Shown piece after piece: positions 12,840 through 23,659 of a DNA stretch of 64,000 nt. The DNA comes from Squalus acanthias. Taxonomy: Eukaryota. How positions within the stretch are numbered: the first letter of the stretch is position 1; each line of letters opens with the position of its first letter. Under the pieces are notes generated by a model, which was given only the letters and a program-made list of their open reading frames with translations, was not told the origin of the DNA and made no database searches. Location: contig JASTWF010000033.1 of the NCBI GenBank assembly GCA_030390025.1, forward strand, positions 2,172,001-2,236,000. Reading direction: 5' to 3'. Made by a program: the position numbers and the translations under genes.

Positions 12840-15800
12840 ATTAATTAATTAATTAACTGGTCTAATCTGGTTCTGGAACTGCCAGAGAGCTCACTTATTT
12901 AAATCTCAGCAGTATAAATAAGGGAGACTTGTGCAGTTTGGCACGGAGTGCTGTTTTGGAGCAGAGTGTTAAAATGCGAGTTTGGGGTGTTCGGGCGGCG
13001 GGGAGGGATGGAGGTGTGCCTTCCTTTTTCCATCTTGGTCAGCTTCCTGGTGCGCTGGCGGACCTGCCTGAGGCGAGGTGGTGGCAGAGGGTTTCAAAGG
13101 CTCCCGAGACCAGGTGAGGCGGGACCAGGCTCCCAACTCGGAAGGAGGGAGGGAGAGAGGTCCAAATAATCGAGGTGTGACCTCACCAGAAAACAGGTAA
13201 GGAATTGGTTGGTGGGTATTTCTCTCTTTTTCAACTTCAACTCTGGGGGTTGTAGTTTTGAAGGCCTTTCTGGTACAGAGTGACTGTTGGTAAACCATTT
13301 AACTGGTGTAATTTCGAGGGATTGATTGAATTGAAATCCAATTAATTCGAGGGGATACTAGCAGCTATAATCGGGTGTCCATAACTACCAATCAAATGTA
13401 ATTAATTACATAGAATGGAGCAGGTGATGTGTTACTGTTGCGAGATGTGGGAGCCGGTGGACCCCATTGAGGCTCACGGTGATTACGTCTGTGACAAGTG
13501 TCTGCTGCTACAGGAACTCCAGCTCCGTGTTGATGAGCTGGAGGCTGAGCTTCAGACACTGCGACACGTCAGGGTGGGGGAGAAGTACCTGGACTTTGTG
13601 TTTCAGGAGGTGGTCACACCTATGAAGTGAATTAATTCAGATATAGCCCGTGTCGTAGTTTTGACTTCCGAGTAAGACTCTTCAAACAATATCGTCAAAG
13701 GAGGCTTTATTCTTATATTTTACTTGCAAGGAGAATGCAACCATAGCCAAATCGCTACGATGACAGACTGAAGAATCACAGAAAATGGAAGATCTTATAC
13801 ACTGAAAACACAAGCTTCCCATATCACATGACATGTTGTTTAAGGTAAGGAAAGTTAAAAGTTAAAAAAACACATAAGAAATGCCTTACGGTGAGACTAA
13901 CTAATCTCTACAAAATGGAGTCTATCTATCTGTTCTTCTCTCACCAAGGCCAAGGCCGCTGGTTGTTTACTTCACTAGCCCTTGGTTATCTCAATTTAAT
14001 TAGAAGAAGCCTGTTGTTTTTCTGTGCTGGCAGACTTTGCTGACAGCATAGTCTGAAACTTGAAATTCATTTTCATGAGAAACATAACAACGGATTCTTT
14101 CTTTATTCAATACAAGTCAGAGTCGGCCATTTTGGATCACTGTGTGTGTCTAGGAAGCCATTTTGTCCGAGACAAAAACTGCACTTCCACACCCGTGGTC
14201 GGGGACAGGACGGTGTGACTATGAGTGAGGCAGGTACGGGGATCCAGGAGGTAGTGTTGGAGGAGCCGCAGCCCTTGCTCTTGTCCGACAGGTTCCAGGT
14301 TCTTACTCCCTGTGGGGACGGGAGCGGGGACTGCAGGGAGGATACTGTTGAGGGGGATGACTCACCAGGGGAGAGCGGCAGCAGCCAACTTCCTGGCACC
14401 AGGGTTGCTCCTGCTGCTCAGAAAGGGAGGAAAAAGAGTGGGAGAGCAATAGTGGTAGGGGATTCTATCGTAAGGGGAACAGAGAGGCGTTTCTGTGGCC
14501 GTAAACGTGACTCCAGGATGGTTTGTTGCCTCCCTGGGGCCAGGGTCATGGATGTCACTGAGCGGCTACAGGGCATTCTTAAGGGGGAGGGTGAGCAGGC
14601 AGAGGTCGTGGTTCACATTGGGACCAACGACATAGGTAGGAAGGGGGATGAGGTCCTGCATCAAGAATTTAGGGAGCTAGGCAGCAGATTAAAGAGCAGG
14701 ACCTCAAAGTTTGTAATCTCTGGATTACTCACAGTGCCACGTGCTAGTGAGTATAGGAATAGGAGGATAGAACAGATGAATGCGTGGCTGAAGAGTTGGT
14801 GCAGGAGGGAGGGTTTTAGTTTCCTGGATCACTGGGCCTGCTTCTGGGGAAGGTGGGACTTGTATAAGTCGGACGGTTTGCACCTGAACCAGAGCGGGAC
14901 AAATATCCTTGCGGGGAGGTTTGCTAGCACTGTTGCGGGGACTTTAAACTAACTTGGCAGGGGGTGGGATACAGAGTGGAGCTATGATAGGGGGTGATGT
15001 ACAGTCAAATATAGAGAAAAAAACAAGTCAGCTTGGAAGACAGGGCAAACATGTAAGAGCAAGGCTGGAAGGCATCTATTTTAATGCAAGGAGTCTAGCG
15101 AATAAGGTGGATGAACTGAAGGTGTTGATAAACACATGGGAGTATGATATTGTTGCTATCACGGAGACATGGTTGAGGGAGGGGCAAGACTGGCAGATCA
15201 ATATTCCGGGGTACAGAATCTTCAGGTGAGACAGAGGGGGAGGTATAAGAGGAGGGGGTGTCGCAATATTAATTATGGAATCAATTACTGCCATAAGGAG
15301 GGATGATATATTAGCAGGTTCCTCCAATGAGGCTATATGGGTGGAGCTTAAAAACAAAAAGGGGGCAAGCACTTTGCTGGGAGTGTACTATAGGCCCTCA
15401 AACAGTCAGGGGGAGATAGAGGAACAGATATGTAGGCAAATCTCAAATGTGCAAATAATAGGGTAATAATAATAGGGGATTTCAACTTCCCCAATATTAA
15501 CTGGGATAGTCAGAGTGTGAAAGGCTTAGAGGGTTCAAAATTCTTAAAGTGCATCCAGGAGAGCTTTTTGAGCCAGCATGTAGAAAGTCCTACAAGAGAG
15601 GGGGCGGTACTGGACCTAATTCTCGGGAATGTGGCCGGCCAAGTGGAAGAAGTGCTAGTAGGAGAGCATTTTGGTGACAGTGACCATAATACGGTGAGAT
15701 TTAAGGTGGTCATGGAAAAGGACAGGGATGGGCCGGAAATAAAGGTTCTAAATTGGGGGAAGGCCGATTTTAATAGGATAAGGCAGGATCTGGCCAAAAT

Positions 15801-16792
15801 GGACTGGGGTCAGCTGCTTGTAGGAAAATCCGCATCGGAGCAATGGGATTCTTTCAGAAGGGAGATTGAGATCATACAATGGCAGCATGTTCCCGTAAAG
15901 GTCAAGGGTGGTTCCAAAAACCCCAGGGAACCTTGGATGTCGGGGGATATACGAGAATGGATCAGGAAAAAGGAGGGCTTTTGGCAGATACAAAATGCTA
16001 AAGACGGAGGAAGCCCTAGAGAAGTACAAAAAGTGCAGGGGGATACTTAAAGAAATTAGGAGATCAAGGAGGGGCCATGAAATAACACTGGCGAGCAAAA
16101 TAAAGGAAAATCCTCAGATGTTTTATAAGTATATTAAGGGTAAGAGGATAACTAGGGAAAAAATAGGGCCCATTAGGGACAAAAGTGGCAATCTGTGTGT
16201 GGAGCCGGAAGATGTAGGTGGGGTTCTAAATGAATTTTTTGCATCTGTTTTCACTATGGAGAAGGACGATGCAGACATAAAATTAGGGCAGGGGGACTGT
16301 GATATACTCGAACATTTTAACATCGAGAGGGAGGAGGTATTGGCGGTTTTAGCAGGTCTAAAAATGGATAAATCCCCAGGTCCGGATGAAATGTATCCCA
16401 GGCTGCTGTGTGAGGCAAAGGAGGAGATTGTGGGGGCTCTGACACATCTATTCAGAACCTCTCTGGCCACAGGGGATGTGCCAGAGGACTGGAGAACCGC
16501 TAATGTAGTACCATTATTCAAGAAAGGGAATAGAGAAAAACCGGGGAACTACAGGCCAGTGAGCCTAACATCAGTGGTAGGAAAATTATTGGAAAAAATT
16601 CTGAGGGACAGAATTAGTCTCCACTTGGAGAGGCAAGGATTAATCAGGGTTAGCCATCATGGCTTTGTCAAGGGAAGATCATGTCTGACTAATTTGATTG
16701 AATTTTTTGAGGGGGTGACTAGGTGTGTGGATGAGGGTAACGCAGTGGATGTAGTATACATGGATTTCAGTAAGGCCTTTGATAAAGTCCCG
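12840..16792 (+). mobile_element. CR1-clade LINE, 5' portion (5'UTR, ORF1 zinc finger/coiled coil + SGNH esterase, ORF2 APE endonuclease and start of RT); disrupted and 3'-truncated
   Basis: 13415-13630: CxxC...CxxC followed by a leucine heptad (LQELQLRVDELEAEL). 14192-14952: esterase motifs GDSIVR, VHIGTND, DGLHLN. 14954-16790: FNARSL, ITETWL, VYYRP, GDFN, SDHN, NYRPVSLTSVVGK, DFSKAFDKVP. Stops at 13628 and 15227 and frameshifts near 15450 and 15970. The 5' boundary is approximate. Confidence 0.93.
13651..14191 (-). mobile_element. Solo LTR (ERV/Gypsy-like) inserted into CR1 ORF1
   Basis: 541-bp insert with TG...CA termini and imperfect terminal inverted repeats (TGTCGTAGT vs TGTGGAAGT). 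4-bp TSD CCCG at 13647-13650 and 14192-14195. Minus-strand TATA-like GTATAA (13795-13800) lies upstream of AATAAA (13706-13711). Confidence 0.82.
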
Positions 16793-17184
16793 ACAAGTGA
16801 ATAAGGAGACCTTTATAAGCAGGTATTATTTATTAGGTAGATGTATTATTAATATTGATGCTGTGGGCTTTAAATTTTCATCACAGTTTAAACAATCAGC
16901 TGCAAACACAACAGACCCTTTCGCAATACAGCACAGGCTATAAGCGGATGCGGCCTGAACTCAATTATTCCGGTTGAATTGTGCAAAGTGATTTGCAGCC
17001 AAGGACGTCATAGACAGGAGGGAGATGTGAGCTGCAGTCACCACAACTAATTGGGCAATAAATTAAACCGAGTTCTACATGTCTGTACTGTACTGGCACT
17101 GGTTGTTATCAAACCTACCCCGGAGCAGGCACGTCGAAAGAGAACACTTGGTGAGACACAGAGGATGCATCAGATGAACCGTTA

Positions 17185-17490
17185 GTGTTAAACCCAAACT
17201 GGGACTCGGATCTAAGCACGCATCCCTAAACTAGTCAATAAGACCAATCTTTGCCCTGGATGTGAACACACATCCCATAACTAGTCACCAAAATCAAACT
17301 GTGGCCTGAATCTGAAACAAAATCCCTAAACTATTCAGGCGAAACCAAACTGAGCCCTGGATCTAAATAAGGATCCCAAACAAGCGAATGAAACCGAAAC
17401 TGGGCTCGGATCTGAACACACATCCTTAAACAGATCATTGAAACCAAATTGGGCCCTCTATCTGAAAACACAGCCCTAAACTAGTCAATA
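17185..17490. repeat. Degenerate ~50-bp tandem repeat (AAACCAAACTGGGCCCTGGATCTGAACACACATCCCTAAACTAGTCAAT-like); resumes at ~18331-18410 and recurs inverted at ~18700-18830
   Basis: About six diverged units visible, with recurring ccctaaactagtca and ggatctgaacaca. Confidence 0.8.
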
Positions 17491-18331
17491 TAATGAACAT
17501 TGAGGAAGATAGGGATAGAATTCAAGAGGACATCGGCAGGTGGTGACTGATGAATTTTAATTCAGAAAAGGGCAGTGTGATACATTTTGGTAGGAATAAC
17601 GAGGAGAGGCAATATAACCTAAACGATACAATTCTAAAAGGGGTGCAGAAACAGAGAGACCTGGGGGTATATGTGCACAAATCGTTGAAGGTGGCAGGAC
17701 AGGTTGAGAAATCGGTTGAACAGCATTCGGGATCCTGGGCTTCATAAATAGAGGCATCGAGTACAAAATCAAGGAAGATATGATGAACATTTATAAAACA
17801 CTGGTTCGGTCCCAACTGTAGTATTGTGTCCAATTCTGGGCACCGCACTTTAGGAAGGATGTGCAGGCTTAAGAGAGGGTGCAGAAAGATTTACGAGAAT
17901 GATTCCAGGGTTGAGAGACTTCAGTTCCGTGAATAGACTGGATATACTGGGGTTGTTCTCCATACAGCAGAGAAGACTGAGAGGAGATTTGATCGAGGTG
18001 TTCAATATTATGAGGGGACTAGACAGAGTAGATAGAGTGAAACGGTTCCCATTTGCGGAAGGATCGAGAACTAGAGGACACAGGTTTAAGGTGATTGGCA
18101 GAAGGTCCAAAGGCGACATGAGGACAAACTTTTTAGCACAGCGAGTGGTTCTGATCTGGAATGCACTGCCTGAAAGGGTGGTGGAGGCAGATTTAATCGT
18201 GGCTTTCAAAGGCGAATTAGATAATTACCTGAAAGAAAGAAATAGGGCTGCGTGAAAGGGCGGGATGGCCTGCACGGGCTCGATGGGCCGAATGTCCTCC
18301 TTCTGTGCTGTAACCATTCTGTGATTCTATG
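17491..18331 (+). mobile_element. CR1 LINE 3' fragment (RT C-terminus and 3' tail)
   Basis: IHFGR, QRDLGV, RRLRGDLIEVF, IWNALP motifs. Tail gggccgaatg...ttctgtgattctatga. Confidence 0.9.
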
Positions 18332-19299
18332 ATCTAAACCCTCAATCTGATCACATTTCCTCAAAACTAACCTGTAAAACCAAACTGGGCCCTGGGTCTG
18401 AAGGCATATTCCGCCTACCTCCCTGTCTGTCACAGATTCTCTGTCACTCTCTCTCACACACACTCTCATCCTCTTTTCTCTGGCAAAGTGAAGGCTGAGT
18501 GTTGAACTAGCTGAGATCTTTAATATTATGATACGGTTCCACATTGGAACCATTCTCTAGGTAAAGAGGTAGATCCTGAATTCACGATTGTAGATTTTCT
18601 TATATTAATGGCCCTGAGTTATGCAACCTCCCACAATATAAAACATCTTCTCTCGATCTTCCCTATCAAGCCCCTTCAGAATTTTAAAGTCCTGTCTCGT
18701 TTATACTGAAAGATTGGGGATTTCCGTTCAGATTCAGTCCCAATTCTGATTTTAGTGATTAGGTTAAGATGTGTGTTCATTTCCAGAGCCCAGCTTTGTT
18801 TGATTGACTAGTTTAGGGATTTGGTTCAATACTGACGGTTCACATGATGCATCCTCGGTGTCTCACCCACCGTTCGATGTGTCTGCTCCGAGGTGGGTTT
18901 ATTTACACCGTGCAGCGTTACAGCTCCAGAGCAGAGGAGTGAGGAGCTCGTTTCTATTTAGAGCGCAATTAGTTGTGTTAACTACAGCTCCACCTCCGCT
19001 CCCGACCCATCTCTTTCTCTGCTACTCTCTCTCTCACTCTTTGCCGCTCTCTCTCCATCGCTCTGTCTACCACACTCCGTGGCTCCTACTCGGTGCCTCA
19101 AAAAATGAATCTAAAACTGGTTTTAAAAACGGTTTAACAGGGGGATTGAAAAGTGATTTAAAAACGAGTTTAAAATTACGTTCAGAATGGATACATGGAG
19201 GGGTGAAACGGGTGTATTTTAAGGAGTTAATGAATTGGCGAGTTAAAAAGAGGGTATTACATGTGTGTGGAAATGGAAGGGTTAAAAAGAGGTGGAGGT

Positions 19300-19600
19300 T
19301 GGGCGATGGGATCTTGGGTTCACAGACCGCCGCACTGTCGGAGTTGCCGTCTTTTGAAGTGTAGTCACTGTTGTAATGTGGGAAAAGCGGCAGCCAATTT
19401 GCGCACAGCAAGCTCCCACAAAAAACAATAAGATAATGACCAGATAATCTGTTTTCGTTATGTTGGTTGAATTATAAATATTGGACAGGACACCGGGGAT
19501 AACTCCGCTGTTATTCTTCGAAATAGTGCCATGGGATCATTTACGTCCTGAGAGAGCAGACGGGGCCTCGGTTTAACGTCTCATCCGAAAGACGGCACCT
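19300..19600 (-). mobile_element. DeuSINE-type SINE (SacSINE1/AmnSINE1-like Deu-domain), partial and internally rearranged
   Basis: Minus strand reads gaggtgccgtctttcggatgagacgttaaaccgaggccccgtctg...ccatggcactatttcgaag...gggagcttgctgtgcgcaaattggctgcc...acagtgactacacttcaaaa, which I recognise as the Deu-domain. Confidence 0.85.
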
Positions 19601-19611
19601 CGGAGAAAGAC

Positions 19612-20470
19612 CGTGCTCACACTGTTATCATTCAATGACACACGAAAACCAAGCACACAAACATTAAAGTGAAGCAGATTATTTCCCTTTTAATTACTAT
19701 CATCTTCTTTTCCTCATGATTCCACCTTCATCTCTGGTACAAAACTCTCGAATCCGCATTCCTTCCTCTTAGATTTCTGACCCAATCATCTGTGGGGTTT
19801 CTTGTTGGATTCTGTCCCAAATCAGGCTGGTTCATTCCATCCCTGGAGGGCGGTGGACCCATAACTATTCTGCCCCTTTCTCTTCTGTAGATCCTGCCCT
19901 GGAATAGGAACTAACGTTCAATGGAAACAATATTGAAAAAATAAGCTTCAGCAAATGATTTTAAACATCCTGTCACCGCTCCGAAAGATGATTAACAAGT
20001 GATGCAGATTGTTCTTTGGGGTATGTAGTTTAATTCTTGTTATGAATTGCCCTGTGAAGCTGACTGAAACCTTCATTGCCGAATTAGTTCATGTACCCAG
20101 CACTGGCCTGTACTCAGGTACATTCCGCACACTCACAGCGTTCAGCAGAAGAGCCCGAAACATCCCAATCACAGGAGCTGATCCTGGGAATGTGCCGCTC
20201 TAACTCTGCACTTCAATTAGCAACCACTAGATATTAGCCGCTCTCCTTTCCCATCCGACTTAATGATCCTCTTGTGGTTGCTGCTGGAATATTGCGCGTG
20301 AATCTCTTCAAAACTTACAGATTCTCCACATTTTACCTCTTCAAGTCTGTTATTTTAGCTCAGCTTTGAAGACCAGGACTACCTTCCAGATGTCATACAT
20401 GTCCTGATAGCACGATTGAAGGACTGTACAGGAGACAAGGGATTGACAGCAAAAAGGTAGGAGATGCTTC
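19612..20470 (+). pseudogene. Duplicated block copy A containing a 98-bp exon-like segment (20359-20456) of an unidentified gene
   Basis: Colinear with 23660-24510. Acceptor ttattttag and donor gtagga flank an open frame LSFEDQDYLPDVIHVLIARLKDCTGDKGLTAK. Confidence 0.5.
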
Positions 20471-20479
20471 GAAAAATTA

Positions 20480-21045
20480 AGCAGGTGCAAAAACGCGTAA
20501 TGGGTAAAGAGGGGTAGAGCGGTGAGCACCTAGTGAGAGAAAGGGTTATTGAGGAGGGCTTTGGATGCAGTAAGGGGGGAGAAGCAGATGTCCATGGTGC
20601 AGGGGCTTGAGGAAAGTCTGCAGAGCTTGGGGCAGAAGGCGCAGTAAATGAGGAGTAATCTGGTGCCACAGGAGCGGAGAGAGGAACGGAATTTGTGCAT
20701 AGCGATGTATGGCTGGAGGAGATCGCTGAGTTAAGGAGGGAAGCAGGCTCGATGTGACTGGAAATTAGGAAAAGGATCTTAAAATCAATTCAATGGAGCA
20801 CAAGCTGCCAATTGATGTTATGGAGTAAGCAGAGAAAAGTGGTTCTGGCTTCTTCCGGATTAACACTTGCGCTGTGCAATCGGAATACCTTGTAGTTTGT
20901 GCACGTTGGCAGTAGGGAGGCCCGAAGGGAGAGTGTTGGGAAATTGAGCCTCGAGGTGATCAAGGCTGGATTATAGTTTCAAACGCAGAGGGTGAAGAGG
21001 CAATGGTTTGTAGGTGATAGAAAGCAGGTTGGTAATGGATTGGGT
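20480..21045 (-). mobile_element. Old L2-like LINE fragment
   Basis: Purine-rich degenerate sequence resembling the reverse complement of the L2 RT 3' region seen at 50600-51300. Confidence 0.55.
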
Positions 21046-22660
21046 GCGGGGAAAGGATGCTGAGCTCAGGATTGAGCAGGACACCAAGGTTCAAAAGACT
21101 TGCTAAATACTTACTTTGTAACGGTCTTCACGGTAGTGAGTAGAGATAAAGAACCAGAGATACGAGGAAAACTTGCGATAAACCAAGGAGAGGAACTTAC
21201 TAGATGTAATAGAAGATAAAAAAATTGTAATGGAGGAAATAATGAGACAGAAGATTAACAAATCTGCAGGTCCTGAAGTCGGTGAGGAAATTGTAGATCA
21301 TCTGTCATGATCTTCCAAACCTCTCTTGATTCCAGAATTCTACCCTTGAATTGGAAAATTGTCCGAGTCACTGCATTATTTTCAGAAGAGTAGAAGAGGA
21401 AAACGAGGAAATAATTGGCCTATTACTCGATCGTCAGTTGTTGAAGTGATTAGAATCTATTGTTAGTAACAGAGTGACTGAGCACTTGGACAAATATGAG
21501 CTGGTCAGCGAGAACCGGCATGGATTTGTAAAGGGTAATTCGTGTCTGACGAACCTAGTTAAACATTCTGAGTAGGTAACTAATGTGGTAGATGAGGGGT
21601 GTCTATGGATGTTATTTATATGAACTTGCAGAAGCCATTCGATGAGGTTCCACATAGGAGACTGTTAACAGAAACTATAGCGAATGAAATTGGAGGCAAT
21701 TTATTGGCCTGGGTAGAGAATTGCTTTGGAGCTCAGAGTAGAAGAGTGAGCATAATTGATCTGTATTCATGTCAGCATGTGACTAATGGTGTCCCTAGGG
21801 ATCAGTACTGGGGTCTCCGTTTTTAACTATGTTTAGAAATGACTTGGATGAACCAATAGAAGGCAATATGTTTGCTGACAAAACTAAGTTAGGTGTCACA
21901 GTAAATGGCGTGGATGGGAGCAGAAAGTTGCACTGGGACATTGATTAAGTGAGTGGGAAAAACTTGTGTCAGATGGAGATCAATGTGGGAAGTGTGAGGT
22001 TATCCAATTTAAAATACGAAAGACAGATCAGAGAATTTTCAAAATGTTGAGAAGTTGGGAATAGTGGTGGAGCAGAGGGATTGAGGGGTCCAGGAACAGA
22101 AATCACTAAAAGCGAGTGGACAGGAACCAAAAGTAATTTAAAAGAAAGGCTAATGCAATGTTGCCCTTTATCTCCAGTGGCTGGAATACAAAGGAGTGCA
22201 ATTGATGTCAGTTATATAAAGCTCTGGTTAGACCCCATTTGGAGAACACAGTTCAGTTCTAGGCACCACAGATTCACCAGAATGCTACCGGGGCTAAAAG
22301 GGTTAGATTATGAGGACAGGTTGCACAGACGAGCCTTCTATTCCCCTGAGTATAGAATATTAACCGGTGATCCAACTGAAATGTTTAAGATGATCAAAAG
22401 GAGTTGATAGGGTAGATACAGAGAAACGTTTCCTTCTGGTGAATGTGTGGAGATCAAGGGGGTATAATCTGAAAATCAGAGCTGGTACATTCAGCGGTGA
22501 TGTCAGGAAGCAGTTCTTCACACCGAGGCAAGTGCAATCTGGAACTCTCACTCCATCACGCTGCTAAGGCGAGGGTTTTGGAAATTTCAAAACTGAGGTT
22601 GATAGAATTTGTTAGACAAGGGTTTTAAGGGTCATGGCACCAAGGCAGGTAAATGGAGAG
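21045..22660 (+). mobile_element. Highly degenerate CR1 ORF2 and 3' tail
   Basis: MDVIYMNLQKPFDEVPHRRL, NGVPRDQ, RFTRMLPGLKGLDYEDRL remnants with many stops and frameshifts. Confidence 0.88.
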
Positions 22661-23659
22661 AGGATACATCGTTACATCATACAGTGGCAGCAGGAGGGGT
22701 CATTGGATGTGACACTAGTCTCTAAAGTCCTCTTCTATGCGTCTGGGGAATGCTTAGTTCCCAGTTGCAATGGGGAGAAAACATACGTGGAGACATTTGG
22801 AGCTTGGAAAATTCAAAGAATCATAGAAATATACGGCAATGTAGGAGGCCATTCCTCCCATCTTGTCTATGCCAGATTGAACAGTGGACATCCCCTTGGG
22901 AGTTTGGGCGGCAATATTGATAAAACCCTAATATTGTGATCTGTGGTCTGTACCTGGGACGTCATTAGTCTAGAGCTGGGCTCGGAGACAGGACCATAAC
23001 ACTAATGGGCAGATCCTGCAACCTGTGCTCCAGTCCAGTGAGACTGCACTAAGAGCAGAGGCTGGCCATGTCACCATGTCACACCGCCAGTGGGCGCGGC
23101 CTGCGCTGACTGCTGTGTGATTGGCTCCTGGCTCCCTTTGTTGTGTCACCTGGAGACAGGTTTTAGTCCCTGGTTACAATTCATCAGTTTCAGTTACCGT
23201 GTGCAGGAGCTGGAGTTGGCAGCTGGCACATCACACATGGACAGGAAGAGGAATCGGTGCACATGATACAGTCACCAACATTCCTGTTCTATGGGTCTGG
23301 AGAATGCTTATTTCCTCGGGGCAAAGGAGAGGGAGAAGTGCTGGAGGCTCGAGATTCTGTCCAGCCACTCCTGGGATTCCCAAGGCTTCCCCAGAGCAAG
23401 TGGGGCGGAGCATCTGTGCCGACAACATGCACAGACATTGTAATGACAGGGACATGAAGGAAAGGAGCCAAACGGTCCAAGCAAGGTAATGTTTCTATAG
23501 GTGGGGACCTGAGAGGGACTGGCAACAAAGTGAAGGAGACGTAAACAGGTAAGTGGAAATTTCTAGCCGAAATAATTAATGAGATCTTTAGTGCTGTGTA
23601 AAAAAGACATTCAGAATCCTCCAGCGCCGAGGATGGTGTCAGGTTACTGTAAAGGCAAA

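Noticed and set aside
2..12844. Many ORFs encoding (LKCRGTEYSGVG)n, plus 678-aa and 743-aa minus-strand ORFs
   Set aside because: A 36-bp monomer without stops gives open frames automatically. Frames break at every 34-bp variant, both strands are open, and there are no unique termini.
14146..14952. Stand-alone SGNH/GDSL esterase gene
   Set aside because: It is the known esterase domain of CR1 ORF1, directly followed by ORF2. The ORF's first residues come from the LTR insert.
18804..19364. 186-aa ORF
   Set aside because: Non-ATG start. It runs across a repeat arm, a CT tract and a SINE, and has no recognisable domain.
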